The notes under the pieces are model-generated. The model was given only the letters and a program-made list of their open reading frames with translations. It was not told where the DNA came from and ran no database searches. Of a stretch of DNA of 38,828 bases, positions 16,747 through 26,655 are shown piece by piece (positions within the stretch are counted from its first letter, which is position 1; every line of letters starts with the position of its first letter). Location of the stretch: IMG/VR virus record IMGVR_UViG_3300020420_000677, positions 1 through 38,828 of that record, one strand, 5' to 3'. A program made the position numbers and the translations under genes. This DNA is from a virus. Its lineage: Duplodnaviria > Caudoviricetes.

Positions 16747-17571
16747 TCTAGAAAATGGCGTGCCTTGGGCAATTTCTTCAACAGTCCACTCAGTAAATGC
16801 GTAATCATTAAGCCATTGTGTTCTATCTGGCATAATTGGCGACTCAATAGTGCTGAAATCCTTATTTCCTACATCATAAGCAAGACTCTGTGGCCCAACA
16901 AAAGCAGGTATTCCATTTAAGATTGCGTGTATACCAGGATTGCTTGACCAACTTACTACTGCCCACTCGTTTGAAAAGTTTAAGTCATAATCATCATATG
17001 TGTTTTCAACCATTGCAGGAATTTGATATTCTACATTATCTAATCTAGGAAATTGCGGAAGAGGACATCTAGGATGTTGCCTCACAATAATTTTTCTATT
17101 TGTGTATTTCCTTAATTCTGTAATTGTATCTAATGTGTAATCTAGTAATGGTTTGCATTGTGCCCATTGTTCACTTTTGTCGTGTTGCAGGCAAAGTAAA
17201 ATATGATCGCCGTTTGTACGCCAAGGTTTACATTGTAAGTTTAATTTTACTGCTCTTTCGTTTGTGTTATTGCTAGGACCAAATTGTCCACTACGATTTA
17301 TGCCATTAAGAGCAATCTTCCAAGTATTGTTTCTTTGTATGCCACCTACCTCAACCACAAGGACATTTTTGTTTTTAGAACGGAACTCGTCCCATACAAT
17401 TTTATTACGTAACATCCTACCATTCCATAATAAGGACCAAATGACAGGCACATCACAATTCATTTCATTTTCAGTAACAGTGTGTCCTTGCAATGTCAAT
17501 CCTTTTCTTATAGCCTCAAATACTGCTGGACTTATTAACGCACCATGTTTTGTAAACATACTAAATTTCAT
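16735..17571 (-). CDS. Capsule-synthesis (KpsS/KpsC-like) glycosyltransferase-like protein
   Basis: CLQHDKS, VRQHPR, WSSNPGIHAILNGIPAFV. Confidence 0.6.
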   Translation of the reverse strand: MKFSMFTKHGALISPAVFEAIRKGLTLQGHTVTENEMNCDVPVIWSLLWNGRMLRNKIVWDEFRSKNKNVLVVEVGGIQRNNTWKIALNGINRSGQFGPSNNTNERAVKLNLQCKPWRTNGDHILLCLQHDKSEQWAQCKPLLDYTLDTITELRKYTNRKIIVRQHPRCPLPQFPRLDNVEYQIPAMVENTYDDYDLNFSNEWAVVSWSSNPGIHAILNGIPAFVGPQSLAYDVGNKDFSTIESPIMPDRTQWLNDYAFTEWTVEEIAQGTPFSRLTF

Positions 17572-18400
17572 TCCAGTATTTTTCTCCCCTCACGTTTATC
17601 AAGTCACTGCGTTTACTTTTTCCTAAATTTTTTCTTGCACCTTTCATATGGTCAAAGTAATTTCCTAATATGCTGTTAATTAAAGGATGTCCTCCTCCAC
17701 CAGACTTTGCTGTCTTGTTGTAAATATTTTCAGAGTAATCATAAAAATTATTGTCTTTTAATTTGTATTTTTGCAACACGTGTCCAAATACAAAACTATC
17801 ATGCCACTCTATTAAGTTAAAGATTCCGTTTTCTGCTTCATCATACATACGTTTAAATTCTGCTGTGAAGTCTTTACAAGTTTTATTCTGTATGTTCAAA
17901 CCATAAAAGCCACACTCGGGCCATGTCTGTGAACCTTTACCTCTGCCCACATAAGTTATCCATTTATCGTTAGGCAATAAGTCTTGAAACTGTTCGTAGG
18001 TGATTGCGTTATGTACAAAAGTGTCTGCATCCATCCATACTACCCAATTATTATTTTGTAATTTTTCTACTGCGTCGAATACTGCGTAAACTTTGTTTGC
18101 AAATCTTACAGCGTCCCATTTAAATTTTTTATGATGATCTCTTGGACGTTTTTCTGGAAAAGGACACACACCATTTGCTTTTGGCACATTACCCCATTGT
18201 GTTTTAAAATCCATTAATGGTTGCACTTCCGTCTGATTTATAATTTTTATTTGTTGTGCATCAGGATTTGTAGGTGTACAATTTTCTGCATAACACAACA
18301 TCTGAATCCTTTTGTCTACTCTCAGAGCAAAACTATCTAAGAAACGTTGTCCATATTGTTCCAAACCTTCTTTGTGGAAAGTTGTCAGTACTGTTATCAT
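17561..18400 (-). CDS. GT-A fold glycosyltransferase
   Basis: WMDADTF (DxD), ECGF, WHDSFVF, DHMKG. Start revised to ATG 18400. Confidence 0.7.
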   Translation of the reverse strand: MITVLTTFHKEGLEQYGQRFLDSFALRVDKRIQMLCYAENCTPTNPDAQQIKIINQTEVQPLMDFKTQWGNVPKANGVCPFPEKRPRDHHKKFKWDAVRFANKVYAVFDAVEKLQNNNWVVWMDADTFVHNAITYEQFQDLLPNDKWITYVGRGKGSQTWPECGFYGLNIQNKTCKDFTAEFKRMYDEAENGIFNLIEWHDSFVFGHVLQKYKLKDNNFYDYSENIYNKTAKSGGGGHPLINSILGNYFDHMKGARKNLGKSKRSDLINVRGEKYWNEI

Positions 18401-19362
18401 TTTACAAAATTCCTTAAATGTTGCCATGCTAAACCATCTTTAACTTCGTCTAGTGTCCAATGTACTTGGGCAATTTTTTGAATCCATTTTTCTCTATCGA
18501 AAGGTTGTAGTTTTTCTAAGTCTTGCCAACTTTGTAATGCAACGTCTTTGCTTTGTGCTCTATCAGGATCAGTAACTAGTGTAGGAATGCCTTCAATCAC
18601 ACTTGCCACCGTTGGACTGCTGTTGTGACCAACCACTGCGTGGGCATGAGCAAATTCATCTCTTATATCTTTTGCTCCGCTGATCTCTACATTTTTATAA
18701 TGCCAATCACCTGTGTGTATCCAATTCATAATCGTTTGTTGATGTCGTTGAACGCCTTTGTCACCAGGATGAAATCTTACACGTATTGGTCTATTTGTTA
18801 CTGTTCTAATGGATCTTATAGTATGATCTAACCAATTAATTACTCTCATACCTTGCATACTCCAACCACCATCTCTTTGACAACAAATTAAAATGTATTG
18901 ACCTCCACCTAGCCTCCACGGTTTAAGTTCTATGTTCAAATCTTTTTTAATTTTTTCCCAACGTTGTGGATTAGGATTATCCCAACAATATTCTGCTGTG
19001 TTAGGAAAAATTCCGTCATATCCATATCTTAAATAATTTCTACTTTGTGTAATATCAGCATACAAAAATAAACTGCTATCTACTATCATGCATCTTTTAT
19101 CTCTGCGTTGCTGTCCTTCGTAAACTGCTTTTCGCAACATAAGATGTCTGTGTCTTTGTGAATTTTCGTGTGTAAATCCTTGTATTACAGATACATCTGC
19201 ATCTACAACTGTCCATGAATTAAGAATTACTCCTTGGTCACCAAATTGTTTTCCATGACGATTAACACCCTCAATAAAATTACGTATAATCAATGGCTTT
19301 TGTGCTTTTTTGTTTCCAGGTGGAATGCACTTCATATATGATACTACTCTATAACCGTTCAT
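18397..19362 (-). CDS. Capsule-synthesis (KpsS/KpsC-like) glycosyltransferase-like protein
   Basis: CCQRDGG, VRFHPG, HNSSPTVASVIEGIPTLV. Confidence 0.6.
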   Translation of the reverse strand: MNGYRVVSYMKCIPPGNKKAQKPLIIRNFIEGVNRHGKQFGDQGVILNSWTVVDADVSVIQGFTHENSQRHRHLMLRKAVYEGQQRRDKRCMIVDSSLFLYADITQSRNYLRYGYDGIFPNTAEYCWDNPNPQRWEKIKKDLNIELKPWRLGGGQYILICCQRDGGWSMQGMRVINWLDHTIRSIRTVTNRPIRVRFHPGDKGVQRHQQTIMNWIHTGDWHYKNVEISGAKDIRDEFAHAHAVVGHNSSPTVASVIEGIPTLVTDPDRAQSKDVALQSWQDLEKLQPFDREKWIQKIAQVHWTLDEVKDGLAWQHLRNFVK

Positions 19363-20159
19363 TACATCAATCCATATTCTTTCATTATTCTTACTGCCTC
19401 GCCGCTTTGCATTTCCTTAAAATGATATTGACAGTACGCCAACCAGTGTTGCCATTCCTTAACTTGTTCTTTTGGTGCATAGTTTGGTGATTCAATCTTG
19501 CTTAAATCATTACAAGCAACACTATCAGCCGCAGTCAATTCTTCTGTAAATGCAGGTACTCCAGTGCAAATGGCTTCGATAGCCGCAATGGACTGATATG
19601 TTACTAATGCGTAAATTCCTTCTTTAATAAGATACCAAGGAACAGAATTAGCACCAACTCTGGCATGGCGTTTTTCTTTGTCTCTTATTATGATCTCTCT
19701 GTCTGTGTGTTGCTTTAGTTTTTTTATAGTTTTTTCCACCCATTGGTTCCTGTCTATGCCATAAAATTTACAAGGCTTTTCACTTGGCGTTACAAGTAAT
19801 ATTTTTCCGTTATTATTTTTACGCCATTCTACAAAATCTAGTTCTGGAGATATCCTTGCAATTTTTTTCCAACGATCGTCTGGACATTTGAAAACTTGTG
19901 AGTGTTGCACGTTATTCTTTACAACTCTAAAAAATATTTTCTTTTTGATTAAATTGCCAACGTAGCCAGTGTCTATGTAATAGAATGGTCTACCAGTCTT
20001 CCAACATTCTTTAATTATTTTTCTTTTGGCTAAACTTCGAAAACTAACTGAATCTTCTTTTACAGATTTTCTGATGACTTCCCATGGCAATGGATGACTG
20101 CCGAGTCCCAATGTCCAGGCTTTAAGTGTTTCGTCTGTTGTGTCAAAGTGGTAATGCAT
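19362..20159 (-). CDS. Capsule-synthesis (KpsS/KpsC-like) glycosyltransferase-like protein
   Basis: YYIDTGY, TDREIIIR, YQSIAAIEAICTGVPAF. Confidence 0.6.
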   Translation of the reverse strand: MHYHFDTTDETLKAWTLGLGSHPLPWEVIRKSVKEDSVSFRSLAKRKIIKECWKTGRPFYYIDTGYVGNLIKKKIFFRVVKNNVQHSQVFKCPDDRWKKIARISPELDFVEWRKNNNGKILLVTPSEKPCKFYGIDRNQWVEKTIKKLKQHTDREIIIRDKEKRHARVGANSVPWYLIKEGIYALVTYQSIAAIEAICTGVPAFTEELTAADSVACNDLSKIESPNYAPKEQVKEWQHWLAYCQYHFKEMQSGEAVRIMKEYGLM

Positions 20160-20160
20160 A

Positions 20161-20841
20161 TCATTTTTTCATCATTTCCGAAAGGTAATTTTTCCAAACA
20201 TCGCCGTATTCACAATGTCTGTAATTTTTAAACCATGGACCACCTTCCGTGTAGTGCAGTGCTTTGGGTTCTCCGTCTTCAGGCGCCTTGTACCAACCAA
20301 CTAACCAATTCCATTCGTGTGAAAGTTTTCCTATTTCTTCGTCTTGAAGCCAACTAAATCTATGAAAGTATTTGCCATCATAATTAGGATTGTTAACTAA
20401 ATCCACAGTAATTTTTTCGTTTGACGGATGTCCGCAGTTCCATAAAACAACAGAACTCCAATTTTTTCTTGGATAAATTGTTTGTTTTTGTCCATCCATT
20501 TTTATTCCAGGCTTTGGAGTGTAATCGTGTTGCACACACATAACAGCATATTTGTCATCTGCTTGATCAAATAATTCTTTTACATCATTTAAAAATACAA
20601 CATCTGAATCGCAAAACAACGCCCAACCTTTATAATTTGTTAGTGCTGGAATTAAAAATCTTGTAAATGTAAATTCTGTTGATGCAAGTTTGTCTAATTC
20701 TCTCCAGTACCACTTGTCCTGTCTTAATCTGTCTTGATTTAATGGAATAACTTCAACGTTGTCGCTGTGTTTGATTACTGAATATTCACACACCTGATAC
20801 GCAATGTCTTCTCTTGTATCATACCCTACAAAGATTTTCAT
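20161..20841 (-). CDS. GT8-like nucleotide-diphospho-sugar transferase
   Basis: STEFTFTRF, FCDSDVVF, YPRKNWSS, LHYTEGGPWF. Confidence 0.8.
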   Translation of the reverse strand: MKIFVGYDTREDIAYQVCEYSVIKHSDNVEVIPLNQDRLRQDKWYWRELDKLASTEFTFTRFLIPALTNYKGWALFCDSDVVFLNDVKELFDQADDKYAVMCVQHDYTPKPGIKMDGQKQTIYPRKNWSSVVLWNCGHPSNEKITVDLVNNPNYDGKYFHRFSWLQDEEIGKLSHEWNWLVGWYKAPEDGEPKALHYTEGGPWFKNYRHCEYGDVWKNYLSEMMKK

Positions 20842-21185
20842 TTTTTCTGTCCAACAGTTCTTCTGTCAATGTCGTCGTGATTAAATTCTGCCCAGTATAA
20901 TTCGAAAGCAACTCCGTCCTCTACACCTTCGAACTGATGAAATTTTCCTGGCTTGACTGTTGTGAAGTCACCTGCATTTAGGATTGTTTCGTCTAGTAAT
21001 CCTTCTTGATCATCTTGCCATACACGTACAATCATTTTTCCTGATTCAACAAAGAATCCGTTCCATTTAAATTTGTGTTTGTGTTCGGAACATTTTGCAC
21101 CTGCTTTGAATTCAATTCTGTGAAATTCTAATACACCATTCTTGTGTACTAATTCAGTTTGTCCCCAAATTTTTCCCGCTTTCAT
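20838..21185 (-). CDS. Cupin domain protein (sugar isomerase-like)
   Basis: SEHKHKFKWNGFFVESG and VKPGKFHQF cupin motifs. Confidence 0.75.
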   Translation of the reverse strand: MKAGKIWGQTELVHKNGVLEFHRIEFKAGAKCSEHKHKFKWNGFFVESGKMIVRVWQDDQEGLLDETILNAGDFTTVKPGKFHQFEGVEDGVAFELYWAEFNHDDIDRRTVGQKK

Positions 21186-21193
21186 TTCAAAAT

Positions 21194-21200
21194 TATTTAT
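21194..21200 (-). promoter_or_regulatory. T4-late-like promoter core (ATAAATA)
   Basis: In a short intergenic gap, 8 nt upstream of the cupin ATG. Confidence 0.6.
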
Positions 21201-21208
21201 GAAGTGGA

Positions 21209-21874
21209 TTATTTAGAAGTAGTAGATTTGATACCCTGCGTGGTCGTAAAATATGGCTTGTACACGCGGACCCATGGACATATTTGTCTACACATTATGG
21301 CATCATTGGGCCACCAACCTATGTCGTCTTGCTTGTCCACTATCTCTTTTGCGGCCCAAGGTTTTATTACATACGCACTGTGTCCTGGCATACCTTGTGG
21401 AATATGATCTTTGGTTACCCAAGGTACTTCATTGAATCCTTCTTTCAATTTATTGTGATAATCCTTTGCTTTGAACGTTGCACCTCTAGGATCATTTATA
21501 CTGTATGCCCCCACTTCGTCAGTTGTATCAGGTGCTTGAAATTTACGTGTGAATAAAGCATCATGCTCAAGAATCATAATAGGTTCGTTAATATGAATGC
21601 ACTGTTTCCAAAGTCTATAGTGGCTTTGTGCCGCGGCTATTCTTTTATTGTTGTCTACAGTTTTGTAAGGTGTAAGGAATAAATTGGTCTTTGTACAATT
21701 TTTTTTGCCGTCTAATGGCCAGGTCCAATTCACATCAAATATATTTTCCGGAGTACTTGCAAGATATATTTGTGCATCTAATTCGCTGTCGGTATTTCTA
21801 ATACTTTGTAGACAATTTTCAGCGTGATTAAGACTGTCATGATTTTTTATTATTGTAATTATGTATGCTTTCAT
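21209..21874 (-). CDS. GT25-like glycosyltransferase
   Basis: AYIITI, SHYRLWKQC, ILEHDA, GHSAYVIKP. Confidence 0.75.
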   Translation of the reverse strand: MKAYIITIIKNHDSLNHAENCLQSIRNTDSELDAQIYLASTPENIFDVNWTWPLDGKKNCTKTNLFLTPYKTVDNNKRIAAAQSHYRLWKQCIHINEPIMILEHDALFTRKFQAPDTTDEVGAYSINDPRGATFKAKDYHNKLKEGFNEVPWVTKDHIPQGMPGHSAYVIKPWAAKEIVDKQDDIGWWPNDAIMCRQICPWVRVYKPYFTTTQGIKSTTSK

Positions 21875-22473
21875 TTGTTAATTTTAAGAATAAAACTATC
21901 AGGAATTTTTTTACTGCTAAAATCATATTCGGTAACTTTGAACTTATTAATAGATTCTAATAATTGATTATATTTTTCTAGTGTAAACTCGTTTGGATAT
22001 TTTTTAACCCACCAATGTGACATATTGTTATTTCTATTCAGCATCCATACGTCTTCAATATAGTATGAACCTGTTGGTTTTAAAAAGTCAATAAAATTTT
22101 CAAAGGTCAATCTCTGTCCTTCAGGTGTGTGTAGTCCATCATCAATGATAAAATCGAATTGAATATTTAAATTTTTAAAATTTTCTTTACAGTTTAATGA
22201 AGTACTATCAATCTTGAACCATTGTACACGATTATCTTTTAATGAAGGAACCTTTTCTGGAGATACTCTTTCAAATGTGTCTGCTGTGTAAATTTTTGCT
22301 TGAGAAAAATAATCAAGCCAGGATTGAGTACTTTCACCTTTGAAAGTGCCAATTTCTAATATGTTAATTTCATTATTTTTAAATTCATTAAAATCTTGTT
22401 CATACAATTCATAATATCTATGCTTTGTAGCCTTATCGCATTTGTTTTTTATAAAAATTTCTTTTAAATTCAT
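21871..22473 (-). CDS. Class I SAM-dependent methyltransferase (sugar O-methyltransferase-like)
   Basis: ILEIGTFKGES, FDFIIDDGLH, YYIEDV. Confidence 0.8.
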   Translation of the reverse strand: MNLKEIFIKNKCDKATKHRYYELYEQDFNEFKNNEINILEIGTFKGESTQSWLDYFSQAKIYTADTFERVSPEKVPSLKDNRVQWFKIDSTSLNCKENFKNLNIQFDFIIDDGLHTPEGQRLTFENFIDFLKPTGSYYIEDVWMLNRNNNMSHWWVKKYPNEFTLEKYNQLLESINKFKVTEYDFSSKKIPDSFILKINK

Positions 22474-22474
22474 T

Positions 22475-23035
22475 TTATTTCTTTCCTAATACTGTGTAGC
22501 CTGCGTTTAGAGTGTGTCTATAAACAAGTTTCCAATCTTGATGAGAGGATAAAAAATTTTGCACAGATTTCCATAATCTTGGAAATAATGTTGTATCGTG
22601 TAGAATAATAGTTTGTGTTGTCCACGGAGAATATTTGTCTAATTCTTTTGCTATGTGTTTTGGATTATGATATCCGTCTATTAAAAGCACCTCAGTTGGT
22701 TTATCTATATTATATTTTAACGAATCAGATTGAATCATTTTAAATTCTATTTGATTTTGTTGTGCGTGTGTTTCAAAAATATGTTTGTGAGGATTAATAT
22801 GAACAAAGTCTAGGTCAATAGTTTCAACATATGGAATCTTATTCATCATTGCTGTAGATGTAGAAGCACCCTGATATGTGCCTATTTCTCTATAAGATTG
22901 AGAGTTTTTTGTTAATTTATAAATTTCGTCGAGGTAATCTGTGTATTGTTCTCCATGTGCTTTTTGTAATTGTTGTTTTAACGAGTTTTGATACTCATCA
23001 ATGTTTGTTGCTTCTTTAAGATTTGCTAATATCAT
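22475..23035 (-). CDS. SAM-dependent methyltransferase (Methyltransf_24-like)
   Basis: EIGTYQGAST, LLIDGYH, IILHDT. Start revised to ATG 23035. Confidence 0.75.
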   Translation of the reverse strand: MILANLKEATNIDEYQNSLKQQLQKAHGEQYTDYLDEIYKLTKNSQSYREIGTYQGASTSTAMMNKIPYVETIDLDFVHINPHKHIFETHAQQNQIEFKMIQSDSLKYNIDKPTEVLLIDGYHNPKHIAKELDKYSPWTTQTIILHDTTLFPRLWKSVQNFLSSHQDWKLVYRHTLNAGYTVLGKK

Positions 23036-23850
23036 GATATACCTTCCACTTTCCATTTTGATCTTGCTGAATTAGTAATATGATACAGTTGTTCGTCACT
23101 AAAATAATCTGCGCCACGTAATTGAACGTGAACAAATTTAGTAGAGGAGTCTCTACTATCATTAACTGCATCTTGTAATGCTAAAGGGCCAGCAACACCG
23201 TGAATATAATTATTCCATCCATTATGCATTTCAGTATATTCACTATGAGTTACCATCATAGCATGAAAATAATTCTGGTCCACTCTATAGAATCTACCTA
23301 AACCACAGGATTTAATGTAATCCATATATTCTTTAAAAGGTACAAATTTTTCTCGAGCAAGATGCATTCCTTTCTTTGTGAACATCACCATACCAGCATT
23401 GTATACTTTGAGATGACCGTCGGCATCTCTAGGCATAGTTGCACCGTATTTTGATTTAACTGCTTGACCCCAACGTTCATCACTCTTCTTGTTTATGTTT
23501 TTACCTATAGTTGTAGATTCGCGATACTTACCTTGGAAAGGCTCTGTGCAGATGCCAAAGTCTTTAATTGGCTCGTCAAAAATATTTGTATTCAAATTCT
23601 CAACTGGAAAGACATCTAAATCTATTACACAGACTTTATCGTATTCTAAAAATGAATCATCTAACATAGGATTTAACCATTCAAAATACATACCGTTTTT
23701 ACCTTTAACATACTTGCTGGCAATATTTGGACTTATATCTAATCTGTAATCTGCTCCAACTCTTTCTGCATATTGTCTAAAAAGTTTTTCACTGTACCTA
23801 CAACCAGGTCTCATGTCACCAGCCCATACTTGATAAATTAAATTTTTCAT
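23032..23850 (-). CDS. GT-A glycosyltransferase (GT8/GT34-like)
   Basis: VIDLDVF, YNAGMVMF, VDQNY. Confidence 0.75.
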   Translation of the reverse strand: MKNLIYQVWAGDMRPGCRYSEKLFRQYAERVGADYRLDISPNIASKYVKGKNGMYFEWLNPMLDDSFLEYDKVCVIDLDVFPVENLNTNIFDEPIKDFGICTEPFQGKYRESTTIGKNINKKSDERWGQAVKSKYGATMPRDADGHLKVYNAGMVMFTKKGMHLAREKFVPFKEYMDYIKSCGLGRFYRVDQNYFHAMMVTHSEYTEMHNGWNNYIHGVAGPLALQDAVNDSRDSSTKFVHVQLRGADYFSDEQLYHITNSARSKWKVEGIS

Positions 23851-25010
23851 TTTATTTCCTCTGCTAATTTTACGTCTATCACATCTTTTGGTTCATTTCT
23901 CATTTTCTTCATATTTTTAATTACATCTAGAGACACATATTGGAATCCATTGTAATATAGATGATACTTTGGATTGTTAAAAATGGCATCTAAAGTTAAT
24001 TTATAAAGGTTGCCCAAATATTGATTATGAGAGTCAACAGGTGGATTATTAAAATAAATGAGATCTACATCTTTACAATCTCTCAAACCGTATAGCGATA
24101 ACACAGTCGAACCAGTAATAATTGTATTATTATCTGGCTTTTTACCACTCATCAGTTTTTTGTAATTAGGAAACAATACGTCTCTTCTGTTATTAAGAAA
24201 ATGTATGCTATTGTTATTGAATACTGTTTTTGCAATTCGAACTGTGTCTACATGATAGTCATTAATGTGAACAGAATGGTTGCCAACTTTGAATAATGCT
24301 CTTATTTCTTTTTTCATTTCTTTAACAGTTTCAAGATTTTTTGCATCTATCAACACAAAAGTTACTTGAGCCATTCCTCTAAAACACTGCTGACATTTTT
24401 TTCTTATTCCTTTTTCACTGACCCAACCCTCAGAAAGATATATTTCTTTAATTAAACCAATTTGTCCTGGTGCGGATAATCCTTCCGATGATGTGTAAAA
24501 TATATTAGAATGTTTCTCAATTATATTCATTACTTCATCCATACGTGTATGAGCGATGGGAAATAAACATATGACATGAGTGTTGGGTTTAAGTTTTGCA
24601 TACTCTAACGCAGTCCTTCCTAAGATATGCTTTTGTAACCCTTTTCTTAGAAACACTTTATAATCGGCTTCGATAGGATAATTTTCTTTTTTAGTTGTAC
24701 TTCTAATATTAATAGGTCTTTGACGATATAACGCGGCGGCTAATCTGTGAGCACCATTGGCGAGATGTCCTTCAGGATTTACTGGAACTGGCTCATCGAC
24801 CTTGTTGTTAATCATCGATATAAATGAATTATCAAAATCTTCAAACGTACTCTTTTTTCGCTTATCTTCTGTAAAGCCATTCCAAATGCCTAGATGTTCT
24901 TTGTAAGCATTTTTAAAAAATCCACTTGATAAATTGGACGCATACAGATATTTTATAACAACGTCAAATCGTTTGTGAGTTAATAAATCGATTGGGTTTC
25001 GTGTTTCCAA
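23847..25010 (-). CDS. ParB/Srx-like plus nucleotidyltransferase-like multidomain protein
   Basis: LANGAHRLAAA in the N-terminal part; ITGSTVLSLYGLRDCKDVDL (GS...DxD) in the C-terminal part; TTG start. Confidence 0.55.
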   Translation of the reverse strand: METRNPIDLLTHKRFDVVIKYLYASNLSSGFFKNAYKEHLGIWNGFTEDKRKKSTFEDFDNSFISMINNKVDEPVPVNPEGHLANGAHRLAAALYRQRPINIRSTTKKENYPIEADYKVFLRKGLQKHILGRTALEYAKLKPNTHVICLFPIAHTRMDEVMNIIEKHSNIFYTSSEGLSAPGQIGLIKEIYLSEGWVSEKGIRKKCQQCFRGMAQVTFVLIDAKNLETVKEMKKEIRALFKVGNHSVHINDYHVDTVRIAKTVFNNNSIHFLNNRRDVLFPNYKKLMSGKKPDNNTIITGSTVLSLYGLRDCKDVDLIYFNNPPVDSHNQYLGNLYKLTLDAIFNNPKYHLYYNGFQYVSLDVIKNMKKMRNEPKDVIDVKLAEEIK

Positions 25011-25013
25011 AAC

Positions 25014-25745
25014 TTATACCTCTTTCTTAGATGCTATAAGAAAAGCGCCATTACTTTTCAATGGTGCTTGAATTATATTCACTGTAAAATTTTTGCTCAT
25101 GCGTTCTTTTAAACTACTGAAATATTCAAAGTTGTTAATACCGTCAAATTCACTATTGTAAAGTATCATTACATGGTCATATAGATAATACTTTTTTTCA
25201 AGGATATCTCTATCAGAAAGAGGCATTTCATTAATGCTATGGAACCCAAAAAGAATACTTTTACTAATTGGATTTAAATCGCTTATGCCAATAAAATTTG
25301 GCAGATCAAGATTGTGTTGCTTTATATAATATTCTTGTATTTCATGCATGATTGGAAAATCGGCTATATCAAAGTTTCCTTTATATCCCAATAACTTTGC
25401 CATTCTATAAAAATTACCATACCCACCACCGATATCGGATATGTGATTAAAGTCTGTAATCTTTAAGCCAAGATGTTCCAGCATCACCATTAAGTAATGA
25501 CAATGTTGAGCAGTCCCTTGACTAACTCCTCGGAATAGTTTTGGGCCACCGACTGTTGAATCTAGGACTTTAGGTAATACTTCATTGGAAAAATATTCGT
25601 TTTTCTTTACGTAATCCAAATGGATCAATGTATTCTTTCTTTGATTTGGACTGATTGTTTTAGAAATAGTTTTATGCTGTAAGAATTTTTTCTTATTTTG
25701 AAATTCAGACCGGATGTCTACCAACATTCTTTCCCATAACGTCAT
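25014..25745 (-). CDS. Putative sugar O-methyltransferase
   Basis: ISDIGGGYG motif I, DIADFP, HSINEM. Confidence 0.7.
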   Translation of the reverse strand: MTLWERMLVDIRSEFQNKKKFLQHKTISKTISPNQRKNTLIHLDYVKKNEYFSNEVLPKVLDSTVGGPKLFRGVSQGTAQHCHYLMVMLEHLGLKITDFNHISDIGGGYGNFYRMAKLLGYKGNFDIADFPIMHEIQEYYIKQHNLDLPNFIGISDLNPISKSILFGFHSINEMPLSDRDILEKKYYLYDHVMILYNSEFDGINNFEYFSSLKERMSKNFTVNIIQAPLKSNGAFLIASKKEV

Positions 25746-26596
25746 ACTTCATGCTCCAGAGCATCGATACACATATCAGCAACTGATTTAGTTTGCTTGA
25801 AGTGAATTGATTTATCTGGCACAGTTGATACAGGTATGTCACCTAGTCGTCTTTCTTTTTCGATGATATGTAGGTTTTTCTTTGATACGTTACACATCGT
25901 ATCGATAACTTCCCTAACAGATACACCTTCTGGTGATCCAAGACAATCGATAACTTTAGTTGGTTTATTTTCTACCACCTTTTGTAGAGAATCAACAATA
26001 TCTACAACATGAGTATAATTCCTAATACAAGTTCCATCGCGAGTATCATAATCAGTGCCAAAGATTTCTAATGTATCAAACTTACCGTTAGCCACCGCCG
26101 CGGCTTTTCTTATCAGATGAGAATATTTCGTATCAAATTTATTGAATCCGTTGTTACCACACACATTATAGAATCTAACAAGACTGTGATTCTCTTTAAA
26201 CTGTTTTGTTAGTAATTCGCCACCATATTTTGTAGTGGCATATGGTGATGCGGCAGGATCAAATGCCGAACCAGTAGAACAATAAACAAAGTGATCACAT
26301 TCAGCAAAGTCAATTACATTTTTTGTACCAACTACATTTGTTTCATAATATAACCAAGGATCTTTCACTGATAAAGGAACTGAACCCATTGCTCCAATAT
26401 GCACTACTTTGTCAAACGACATCTTCATTGGAGAAGGTTTACGAAAGTCCCAATCAATAATTTGTGATGAATATTTTTCTATATTGTTTTGATTAAAATT
26501 AAAATCAGTGGCAACTACTTCATGACCATGGTCCGCCGCAACCTTAACATAGTGAGCACCAATGTATCCGGTAGCGCCTGTGACTAATATTTTCAT
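25742..26596 (-). CDS. galE: UDP-glucose 4-epimerase-like NAD-dependent epimerase
   Basis: GATGYIG, YATTK (YxxxK), IFGTDYDTRDGTCIRNYTHV; AGGAG SD upstream. Confidence 0.85.
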   Translation of the reverse strand: MKILVTGATGYIGAHYVKVAADHGHEVVATDFNFNQNNIEKYSSQIIDWDFRKPSPMKMSFDKVVHIGAMGSVPLSVKDPWLYYETNVVGTKNVIDFAECDHFVYCSTGSAFDPAASPYATTKYGGELLTKQFKENHSLVRFYNVCGNNGFNKFDTKYSHLIRKAAAVANGKFDTLEIFGTDYDTRDGTCIRNYTHVVDIVDSLQKVVENKPTKVIDCLGSPEGVSVREVIDTMCNVSKKNLHIIEKERRLGDIPVSTVPDKSIHFKQTKSVADMCIDALEHEV

Positions 26597-26616
26597 TATA
26601 ACTCCTTGTAGGCAAA

Positions 26617-26623
26617 TATTTAT
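26617..26623 (-). promoter_or_regulatory. T4-late-like promoter core (ATAAATA) upstream of galE
   Basis: Intergenic, just upstream of the AGGAG Shine-Dalgarno. Confidence 0.6.
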
Positions 26624-26655
26624 GTGCCACTATTTGTCATCGTCGGCACAAATGA

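Noticed and set aside
26623-26653. Inverted repeat TGTGCC...GGCACA as a terminator
   Set aside because: Short stem with a 16-nt loop; too weak to call.
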